From IMG/VR virus record IMGVR_UViG_3300030004_000009, positions 1-64,000 of that record: 64,000 bases of DNA. One strand, 5' to 3'. Every line of letters starts with the position of its first letter. Positions within the stretch are counted from its first letter, which is position 1. The translations under genes and the position numbers were made by a program. The notes beneath the pieces were generated by a model. That model searched no databases, had not been told where the DNA came from, and worked only from the letters and a program-made list of their open reading frames with translations. Below are positions 20,058 through 28,300 of the stretch, one piece after another. Source of the stretch: a virus.

Positions 20058-20728
20058 AAGAGGAAGTAATAAAACAATCAGAAGGTGGACCAGTAATAGA
20101 AGATGAAATGGAAACAATTCACCTAACAATTAATGATAAAGACTATCTTATCTTTATAGCTGATACTCCAGAACTACGTGAGAAGGGACTTCAAGGCGTA
20201 ACTTCGCTTCCTTCTAATGAAGGAATGCTATTTATCTTTGAAGAACCTCAAACGGTAGAATTCTGGATGAAAGACACATTAATTCCTCTTGACATAATCT
20301 ATATTGATGAATATGGAGAGGTTCTGAAAGTATATTGTGGAGAACCGTTCGAGGAATCGCTTGTAGCGTGTGAAAATACACTCTATGTCCTAGAATTGAA
20401 CTGTGGATCAAATATAAAGGAAGGAGATGAACTAGATTTAGGTGAACTTGGAGTTAAAGATGTTGAAGATTGGGAAGAAAGTGAAAAAGAAGAAGAGAAA
20501 CCAGTTGTAATGAGTGTCCTTGATCCTAAAGGGGAGTCTCAAATGGAATTAAAAGGTGGAGAAAGGATATTTAGTCGTCCAAATACAAAAACTCTTGTAT
20601 CATTAGCTAAAAGAGCGTATAAAAGTAAGCAAGAAAAAGACTACAAAGCACTTGGTAGACGAGTTTTTAAGTATTTACACATACAAGATCATAAAAAAGA
20701 CGACTATGTTAGCTTACCAGACAAATAA
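20054..20728 (+). CDS. DUF192-family domain protein with an extra C-terminal domain
   Basis: IADT...R.KGL....L...EGMLFIF......FWMKDT.IPLDII.ID...YVLELN.G is the DUF192 signature. Confidence 0.85.
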   Translation: MKEEVIKQSEGGPVIEDEMETIHLTINDKDYLIFIADTPELREKGLQGVTSLPSNEGMLFIFEEPQTVEFWMKDTLIPLDIIYIDEYGEVLKVYCGEPFEESLVACENTLYVLELNCGSNIKEGDELDLGELGVKDVEDWEESEKEEEKPVVMSVLDPKGESQMELKGGERIFSRPNTKTLVSLAKRAYKSKQEKDYKALGRRVFKYLHIQDHKKDDYVSLPDK

Positions 20729-20759
20729 AAAGCCTCATTACAATTAAGTAATGAGGCTT
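20727..20759 (-). terminator. intrinsic terminator oriented for - strand transcription
   Basis: AAGCCTCATTAC-AATTAA-GTAATGAGGCTT with an A run on the left (a U run on the - strand) and little T run on the right. Confidence 0.7.
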
Positions 20760-20866
20760 AGTTCAGCTAATATTAGAATCCTTTAATTATATGTTGTTTG
20801 AGTTTGTCTTATCTATAAGCACATGAACTCCTAAATGTAGGATTTGATTCTGTATCTGAATTAGTA

Positions 20867-20898
20867 TAAAGATACGAAAAAGATTTCAAAATTGCAAA
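20867..20898 (-). promoter_or_regulatory. Bacteroidota-type promoter, - strand
   Basis: The reverse complement reads TTTG-N20-TATCTTTA and shares TTTTTCGTATCTTT with the divergent + strand promoter. Confidence 0.6.
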
Positions 20899-20926
20899 TA
20901 AACTTAGATAAATAGTTCAAAATAAA

Positions 20927-20958
20927 TTTGGTCATTTGATATATTTTTCGTATCTTTG
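20927..20958 (+). promoter_or_regulatory. Bacteroidota-type promoter, + strand
   Basis: TTTG (20927-20930), N20, TATCTTTG (20951-20958): an exact match to the -33/-7 consensus. Confidence 0.8.
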
Positions 20959-21058
20959 TAAAGATTTAGCTATTGAGCTATATTTGGACTTACTCCACTT
21001 AAAAATGTAAATATGAACTATAAAGATCGATCAGCTAATTAAAGAACTTATTATAGTA

Positions 21059-21409
21059 ATGAAACTATCAAACAAAATTACAAAACTTCAGGATGGTGGT
21101 CAAGCTCCACAAGGTGGTGACCCATCACAAGGTGCTCCAGGTGGTGCACAAGATCCTTCACAGGGAGGCGATCCTTCACAACAAGGACAACAAGATCCAG
21201 TAGCTCAATTAGTGCAAATGGCACAACAAGCATTACAATCAAAAGATTGCCAAGCAGCTTTAGCAGTTTGTGATGGACTTTTACAAGTATTATCCCAAGC
21301 ACAGCAAGGTCAACAAGGTGGTCAGGGAGATCCTTCACAAGGAGGTGGACAACCTCAACAAGGTGCTCCAACCTATAGACGTGGTGGTGTCCTAATAAGA
21401 CGTAACTAA
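21059..21409 (+). CDS. small Gln/Gly-rich protein with QGGDPSQ repeats
   Basis: 116 aa with its own promoter and terminator. Central helix contains C-x6-C. xxGG motifs at both ends. Confidence 0.75.
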   Translation: MKLSNKITKLQDGGQAPQGGDPSQGAPGGAQDPSQGGDPSQQGQQDPVAQLVQMAQQALQSKDCQAALAVCDGLLQVLSQAQQGQQGGQGDPSQGGGQPQQGAPTYRRGGVLIRRN

Positions 21410-21418
21410 GAAATAGTC

Positions 21419-21450
21419 AAGGGAGTATGTAGAACACATACTCCCTTTTT
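21419..21450 (+). terminator. intrinsic terminator
   Basis: AAGGGAGTATGT-AGAAC-ACATACTCCCTTTTT. Confidence 0.8.
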
Positions 21451-21472
21451 ATTTACATTTAAAAACGCAAAA

Positions 21473-24400
21473 ATGTCACAAGTCAGAAAATATGATGGTG
21501 GAGGAACTACACAAACTCCTGCTCAAACACCATTGACAAACCCTAACCCAAATATAAATTTAAAGATAAACGGTCAAGCTGCATCAATGGACCCTCAAAA
21601 ATTAAACTCTGAGGGCTGGGGTTATGTACAATCACAATTACAATCAGCTGGTCATAATGATCCTAATGAGTTACAACATTTTCAGAAGGTGTATCAACAG
21701 TTTGTTGATCAAGCTAAATCTGGTACATATAATATAAATACAAATAATGGTAAGTATGTAAATTCTACCTATGCTGGTGCTCCAGGTGCTAATTTAGGAT
21801 TAAATCCTGATGGTTCAGTTGCTCAAAAATCAGGTATAGGTAATGTAGTCTCAGGTCATAGTTTTAGTGATACTCAAGCTATGGCTAAACTTAATCCTTT
21901 AATAGGTAACTATATAGCACAAGCTCATAGTGATGATTTAGCTACCGCAAAAACTAAAAGTGATGCAGATGCTGCTAAAGCACTACAAGATAAGAACACT
22001 GCAAGTGCCGATTATATGGCTAATGTTAATAGAATGAGAGATCCTGCTACAAATCTTTATGGTATTGTAGGTGGTCAGAATACTAAGTATACATATGATG
22101 ATTATTGGTCAGGTAAGACAGGTCAAGGAACTATAGCTAAAGGTGGTTTTGAAAGAATAGGTTCTACTCTCTTTGATAAAGGTCTTGATGATCCTGATAA
22201 TCAAAAAGCATTTAAATCTAAATGGGGCTTATCTGTAAATGATGCTAGAGCAGCAATGACTAAAGCTGGTTATAATAATGGTCAACTACCTTCTGATATT
22301 ACAATGGAAGGTCTACAAGGTCTTTCTCGTGATCTACAAGTAGGTCCTGAATGGAACTCTTACTTGAATAGAAATTCAGCACTTACTCCTGAACAGCAAG
22401 CTCAACAAAAAGGAATTGATGATCAAAAAGCTAAGTTAACTAATGATGCTACTAACCTAAAACATAATCAAGAGTTACAACAGCAAGGATATAAATTTAC
22501 AAATAAAGGTATTACATACTCTGATGCAGATCTTAAAAATCTATTTACTGGTAAAATGGAAGATGGTACAGAATATCAAAATGGTGCTCCTATTAACGGT
22601 ATATTACCCCCAGATCCAAAAGTTGATTCAGCATTTGAAAGTAAATCAGGTGATCTTTCAAACTCTCCTTACGCATTAAACGGGAAAAGAGTTAGTTATC
22701 AGGAGTTTTGGAATGCTCATAGAAATGATAGTCCACAAGATTTAGCAGGTCTTCAAGCTCAAGAACATAAAATGGTTCAGAGTAGAAACGATAGAGTATC
22801 TGGATTAAAAGATTTGAGTGAACCTGATGAAGATGGTAATAGACTTGATGATAGTAATACCGCTAATGACTTTATATTTAGAAAAGAAATTGCTGCTGGA
22901 CAACATGTTAAAGCAGCCGCTGTTACTGGAAGTTATCCCGATCTTATTAATAAAGGAGAACGTTTAGCTGCTTACTTAGTTCCTGGTAAAACTAATATTA
23001 ATACAGATGGTTTGGTTAGATATAGACATATGGCAGCTAATGGTAAGACTACTGATGGCATTATAAAAACAGATGTAGATGGTCGTGATTTCCTTGAAGA
23101 TGCTAAAGGGAATAGAATTGACTTAGGTAATAAATCTGATAATAAAATAACTGTAACTGACCCATATAGGATACCTTATAATTCAGGAGTTTATAATACT
23201 CCTAATAAAACACCTAAACTTTCAAGTGAAGCTAAAATAAGCATACAGAAAGCATTAGATACTCAAAATTATAAAAAAGGTGGCATACTTAAAGCACAAA
23301 CTGGTGCAAAAATAGACTGGGATAGTAATAGTGGTGATAAAAGTTTTCATTCTGCAAATGCTGGTAAAGTATTTGATGGCAACTCAGGAAACTTATCAAC
23401 TGCTGATAAAACAGAACTTGGAGCTATAGCAGGTCAATTAGTTAGTCTTGGTATAGGGTTTATTCCAGCTCCTGGTGCATCTGTAGTATCTGCTTTAGGT
23501 GGTGTTGGTTCTACAATTGCTGATGAAACTTCTAATGTTATGAAACGTGGTTGGAAATGGGGTGATTTAGTTAGTGTTGGTGGAAGTTTAGCTTTAGATG
23601 CAGCTACAGCAATTCCAGGTTTAGGTGAAGCGGCTGATATGGGTAAGTTAGCTAAAATGGTTAAAGGATCGTCTAAATTAATACAAGGAGTTTTCACTGG
23701 TATAGGTGCTGCTAAGGCTCTAGGTTCTCTATATAAAGTAACTAGTGGTCAAGCTACTATAGACGATTGGCAAAATATTGCAGGTGGTATACAAGCAGCA
23801 ATTGCTGGTAAACGTTTAGCTGATCCTTATATTGCTACAAAATCTGGTGGTCAAACTGCTAGTGTAAAGGTAGCAGGTAAACCTTATGACTTAAGCGCTT
23901 CTGAGCTAAGTACTATTCAAAGTGCAAAACCTACTGAGCAACTTGACTTATTAAAAGGTATAATAAAAACTAAAGACCCAAATGCAGATTTAACTAAAAT
24001 TAACACTTCTATTCTTAATGACACTAGAAGTTTTATAAATAAGAAATCATTTGGCTTACTTGGTGATAAAGGGACTAATGTTAATGTTCCTAAAATAGAC
24101 TTAAATAGTAATGGTAGACAACTTATAGATTATGACAATGCTAATTGGTATCAAAAGAAATTTGCAATACCTAATACAATAGCACAGAATCCTAATATAA
24201 CTGGTGCTGATAAATATACAATAGATGGTGGTAGATTTTGGTCAGGTGCTAATCCAGATGAAGGTCCTACTAAGGATGGAAGTGGTTTAAATTGGATAGC
24301 TAATAGTTATAGAATGAAGTATGCATCTCCAGTCAAACCAGTAACACCTACTGTAGAACCAGTAACACCTACTATAACTGCACCAATTGAAAATACTGGA

Positions 24401-26449
24401 ACAGGTACTCAATCTTTTAGATTTAAACAACTTCCTGCTCCAACATCTAATGATAGACAAGGTACAAACTTTGTAATCCCATATGAGGATCAAGAGAATG
24501 TTCTTAGACCTTCCAATGATAAAGTTAATCCTTTAGCTAGTAGTGGTCAAAGTCAAGAAAGTATATCTAAGTTAAATGAAGGTAAAGGAGAACCAACTGC
24601 TAATGATTTATTAGCTATGATTAAACTTCAACCTAAAAGTAAAGGTAGTGTAACTTCTGCTAGTGATAATATCATTCGTGATCCTAATTATAAATCAGCA
24701 TCTTCAACTGTAGGTAAGAAATTAACAGCAGATAAGATAATAAATAAAATACAACTTAGACCTGGAGAAAAGGGAGAAGTGTTAGATAATCATTATGTAT
24801 CTCCATCAATGGATGATAGACAAGCTATTACAGCTGATAATCTTATAAAACTTATAAAATTACAACCTAAGGAACGTGGTGGAATTACTAGTGCAAGTGA
24901 TGGTATTAGTCCTAATAAGACTTTAGCAACACCGTCATTACCACAAGTTAAGCAGTCTATATCTAAGCAAGATCCTTATAAAAGTGCTTTCTATAAAAAT
25001 TATACTCAAAATACAATTGAAGGTAATGCACGTAATAAAGACTATGAAGAAAATACTTTAGGAGAACGTTTACAAACAGCTTTACAGAATAAAAAAGAAA
25101 CTAAAGGTAAAGGTCTTAAATTTAAAGAAGGTGGTCGTATTCCTAAGTTTCAAAATAGTGGTATAGTTCCTTTTCTTTCTGATGATGAAATTTATGGTAG
25201 TGGAGACGATCCAAATACTCTTGTAGGAAAAGCTTTAGGGATAAAACCTATAACTAATAACACTCCTTCTACATTACCTATTGTACAATCTCAAAATGCA
25301 AATTGGAATCCACCACCAATACAAAATGGTGATGTTCCTAATAATAAGACTTTTTGGGGTAGTGTAGGAAGTTCTCTTTCTAATTTAACACCTAAGAATC
25401 TTGATCCAAGTTCTGTATCAGAATTAGGACGTGCTTTATACGCAAGGCAAGTTAACTCACAGATAGACACTCGTGTTGAGCGTCCAATGTTAAATGCTCC
25501 AGTAGAAGTTCCAGTATCAGTTCATGGTAATCTATCAGCTATAACCGCTTCTAATCAGGGTGCTAATGACTTAATGCGTAATACAGGACTTCAATTAACA
25601 AGTGATGCAGGAATTAATGCTGGTGCTCTTCTTAATGCAGGATTTAAAGGTGAGCAACTACGTCAACAAGGTGTAATGCAAAGTAATGATATGTTAGATA
25701 AAACACGTCAAATGTCTTATCAGCAACAGTCACAAGCTGCTCAAGCGCGTAATCAAATTGCAAATCAGAACGTACAAACTAATGCTCGTGCTACACAAGC
25801 TGAACGTGAAGCTTTAAATCAGAAGATGGTTTCAATGAATGCTCCTATTAACGATTGGTGGGCTAAACAAGACGCAAGTAATAATCAACAGTTTTTACAG
25901 CAACGTCAGTTAAATACACAAATAGGTCAAAATGCTATACAAAACCAATATAATATGGCTATGAGACCTATGATGATGGAAATGAACTCATTACAAATGG
26001 AAAATGAAGGTATTAATAATAAAATGCGTTATAATCCTGATAGTGTTACTCAACCTGAAAAAGATAGGTATGAAGCTAATAATAAACGAATACAAGAATT
26101 AATAACTAACTCTTATCCTCTTCAAAATAAACTTCAATATGGACAGCTTCAAGTAGCTAAGAACTATGGTAATTGGAGATCTAGTAACTTATTTGATCCT
26201 TCAACTCCTTTACCTACACAAAAAGCTGGTGGTACTTTAAGATTACTTGCTAGTGGTGGTACAGCTTCAGCAACAATACTTGCTAATTCAAAGGTTGCTG
26301 TGGAACAGTCAAAAGAAAATGCAGCTAATGTAAGACAAGTAAAAGCTAATAGTTTAGCTACACTTAAAGCACAATCAGAAGGAGAAGAAAAACAAGAGCT
26401 TCAAGCATCTAAATCAATTCAACAGTTAATAATGAAAGCATTAAGCTAA
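21473..26449 (+). CDS. large virion cargo/ejection protein with a membrane-insertion-like segment
   Basis: 1658 aa. Hydrophobic Gly/Ala hairpin at about 23410-23810, a Q-rich coiled-coil C-terminal region, xxGG motifs and internal repeats. Confidence 0.65.
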   Translation: MSQVRKYDGGGTTQTPAQTPLTNPNPNINLKINGQAASMDPQKLNSEGWGYVQSQLQSAGHNDPNELQHFQKVYQQFVDQAKSGTYNINTNNGKYVNSTYAGAPGANLGLNPDGSVAQKSGIGNVVSGHSFSDTQAMAKLNPLIGNYIAQAHSDDLATAKTKSDADAAKALQDKNTASADYMANVNRMRDPATNLYGIVGGQNTKYTYDDYWSGKTGQGTIAKGGFERIGSTLFDKGLDDPDNQKAFKSKWGLSVNDARAAMTKAGYNNGQLPSDITMEGLQGLSRDLQVGPEWNSYLNRNSALTPEQQAQQKGIDDQKAKLTNDATNLKHNQELQQQGYKFTNKGITYSDADLKNLFTGKMEDGTEYQNGAPINGILPPDPKVDSAFESKSGDLSNSPYALNGKRVSYQEFWNAHRNDSPQDLAGLQAQEHKMVQSRNDRVSGLKDLSEPDEDGNRLDDSNTANDFIFRKEIAAGQHVKAAAVTGSYPDLINKGERLAAYLVPGKTNINTDGLVRYRHMAANGKTTDGIIKTDVDGRDFLEDAKGNRIDLGNKSDNKITVTDPYRIPYNSGVYNTPNKTPKLSSEAKISIQKALDTQNYKKGGILKAQTGAKIDWDSNSGDKSFHSANAGKVFDGNSGNLSTADKTELGAIAGQLVSLGIGFIPAPGASVVSALGGVGSTIADETSNVMKRGWKWGDLVSVGGSLALDAATAIPGLGEAADMGKLAKMVKGSSKLIQGVFTGIGAAKALGSLYKVTSGQATIDDWQNIAGGIQAAIAGKRLADPYIATKSGGQTASVKVAGKPYDLSASELSTIQSAKPTEQLDLLKGIIKTKDPNADLTKINTSILNDTRSFINKKSFGLLGDKGTNVNVPKIDLNSNGRQLIDYDNANWYQKKFAIPNTIAQNPNITGADKYTIDGGRFWSGANPDEGPTKDGSGLNWIANSYRMKYASPVKPVTPTVEPVTPTITAPIENTGTGTQSFRFKQLPAPTSNDRQGTNFVIPYEDQENVLRPSNDKVNPLASSGQSQESISKLNEGKGEPTANDLLAMIKLQPKSKGSVTSASDNIIRDPNYKSASSTVGKKLTADKIINKIQLRPGEKGEVLDNHYVSPSMDDRQAITADNLIKLIKLQPKERGGITSASDGISPNKTLATPSLPQVKQSISKQDPYKSAFYKNYTQNTIEGNARNKDYEENTLGERLQTALQNKKETKGKGLKFKEGGRIPKFQNSGIVPFLSDDEIYGSGDDPNTLVGKALGIKPITNNTPSTLPIVQSQNANWNPPPIQNGDVPNNKTFWGSVGSSLSNLTPKNLDPSSVSELGRALYARQVNSQIDTRVERPMLNAPVEVPVSVHGNLSAITASNQGANDLMRNTGLQLTSDAGINAGALLNAGFKGEQLRQQGVMQSNDMLDKTRQMSYQQQSQAAQARNQIANQNVQTNARATQAEREALNQKMVSMNAPINDWWAKQDASNNQQFLQQRQLNTQIGQNAIQNQYNMAMRPMMMEMNSLQMENEGINNKMRYNPDSVTQPEKDRYEANNKRIQELITNSYPLQNKLQYGQLQVAKNYGNWRSSNLFDPSTPLPTQKAGGTLRLLASGGTASATILANSKVAVEQSKENAANVRQVKANSLATLKAQSEGEEKQELQASKSIQQLIMKALS

Positions 26450-28296
26450 TGAAAATAAATATAAAGAACTTACAGTCTGGTGGTTATCTTAACTATCAGG
26501 CTGTTCCAACAAACGAAGTTCTTCCTCAACAGCAACAAGCTCCTCAACAGCAAAACGGTGGTCCAACTGGTCAATCTGAAACAGATACTCCAGAGACATA
26601 TTTAGACCCTGCGATTATGCGTCGTATGTTGGGTAAAGGAATTACAACAGATACAATGAATTATTCTCAACAATTACAATCTGCCTATCAACAGTATCAA
26701 TTTATGAATGACTTTCAAAGAAATTCATATCAAGGTCGTCAGATTCGTATGATGTTAAAAGGGGACTTAGGTCAACTTAATGCCCTTGTAAGAAGTAAGC
26801 AAGACTTCGATACATCTGTTGAAAACGCTCGTTCAAACAATGCTTTAGGGGAATTAGCTGCTACAGATTCAGGAATGATAGTTCGTGATAATGATAGTGG
26901 TAAAATAACTCAAGTGGGTTTTGCTGAATATGCTCAAAATAAAAATAAATATAATCCACTTACTAATGCACAGTTAGCTGAACAACGTGAGTATAACCAA
27001 TCTCTTTCAGGTAATAGTGCTATATTTGGTGTACTTAATAGTGCTGTTGGTATGCCTAAAATTCAAGAAGAAGTTTATAAAGCGCTTGATAAGATAGGTC
27101 GTTCCTCAAATACAGTTGTAAATGGCACTTTTCAAAGTAACCAAGCAGATAATATAGCAGAGTTGGCTGAAGCAGCTAAGAGTGGTGCATTTAAAATTAA
27201 GAATGGTCAAACTACTGAGAATAACTCTATGCAAATAAAAGCTGCACAACAAGCTTTATGGGTTAATCTTTCTCCTGGTGCGAAAGCTACATTACGTGCT
27301 AGAGCTGCTACTGAAACTAGTGATCCGAATCAAATTGATGGAGTAGCCTATAACATGATGTCTCAATTACTTAATCCTGCTTATGAAGAAAAGAACACTA
27401 CTACTTTTGATGAAACAATGACTAAAGGTAGTAAAGCAGCTAAGGCATCTGATAAACAAGCTGATTGGGGTCCTTATGGACAAGCGTTCTCAATGACCAT
27501 TGATACTGTACCTTACTCAATAACTGCACCAGACCTTACAAAGAAACAAGCTGTGAAAGTAGATACTTATGGGTCTGCTGTTCCAGTTGAAGCATATACA
27601 GGAAAAGATAATGAAAAAATTCCTTTAGCTAATACTAAACTTGCAGGTTTAACTTATTTAGATCAAGCGTTTACTGCAAATGGTGATAAAGTTAATCCTA
27701 ATTTAACTTCTATAACAGGTGAAGCTTATGTAACCGAAATGCCATTTACTACCGATGGTAATGGTAACTATAGTATTGATATTGAAGGTGCTAAGAAATT
27801 TGCTCAATATCTTGATGCTAAAAAATCATCAAGTATTAATTACAATCAACAAGGTAATCCTTTAACACAAGAAGATGCTATAAAAGATGCTCAATTACGC
27901 CAACAAACAGGTGTAACCGGTATGCAAACTAAAAAGTTTGTAGCAGCACTCACTTCGTCTTTTGATGATGAATTCTTTACTAGTCGTGATGGAGACTATT
28001 ATAAAAATATAGATGGTACTAATAAAGAAGTATTACAGAAAATATTAGATCCTGATGGTAGTTTAACAAAGCATTATCATTTCTGGCAAAATGACGCACG
28101 TCAACATGTAATTTATATACCAATGAAAGGTCTTCCAACTTGGAATGCAAAAGATGGAAATTATGCTAAAGTACCTCAAGAGGCTTATGAAATACAACAA
28201 GGTTATGGACAAGGAAATGATGGAACTAGAGGAACTCCTTATGGACAACCAGCTACAGCTCAACAGTTAAATATGGATAGACAATCTTTACAATAA
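26449..28296 (+). CDS. virion cargo/ejection protein
   Basis: 615 aa with an N-terminal KNLQSGG motif. TAATG overlap with the previous gene. Confidence 0.6.
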   Translation: MKINIKNLQSGGYLNYQAVPTNEVLPQQQQAPQQQNGGPTGQSETDTPETYLDPAIMRRMLGKGITTDTMNYSQQLQSAYQQYQFMNDFQRNSYQGRQIRMMLKGDLGQLNALVRSKQDFDTSVENARSNNALGELAATDSGMIVRDNDSGKITQVGFAEYAQNKNKYNPLTNAQLAEQREYNQSLSGNSAIFGVLNSAVGMPKIQEEVYKALDKIGRSSNTVVNGTFQSNQADNIAELAEAAKSGAFKIKNGQTTENNSMQIKAAQQALWVNLSPGAKATLRARAATETSDPNQIDGVAYNMMSQLLNPAYEEKNTTTFDETMTKGSKAAKASDKQADWGPYGQAFSMTIDTVPYSITAPDLTKKQAVKVDTYGSAVPVEAYTGKDNEKIPLANTKLAGLTYLDQAFTANGDKVNPNLTSITGEAYVTEMPFTTDGNGNYSIDIEGAKKFAQYLDAKKSSSINYNQQGNPLTQEDAIKDAQLRQQTGVTGMQTKKFVAALTSSFDDEFFTSRDGDYYKNIDGTNKEVLQKILDPDGSLTKHYHFWQNDARQHVIYIPMKGLPTWNAKDGNYAKVPQEAYEIQQGYGQGNDGTRGTPYGQPATAQQLNMDRQSLQ

Positions 28297-28300
28297 TAAT

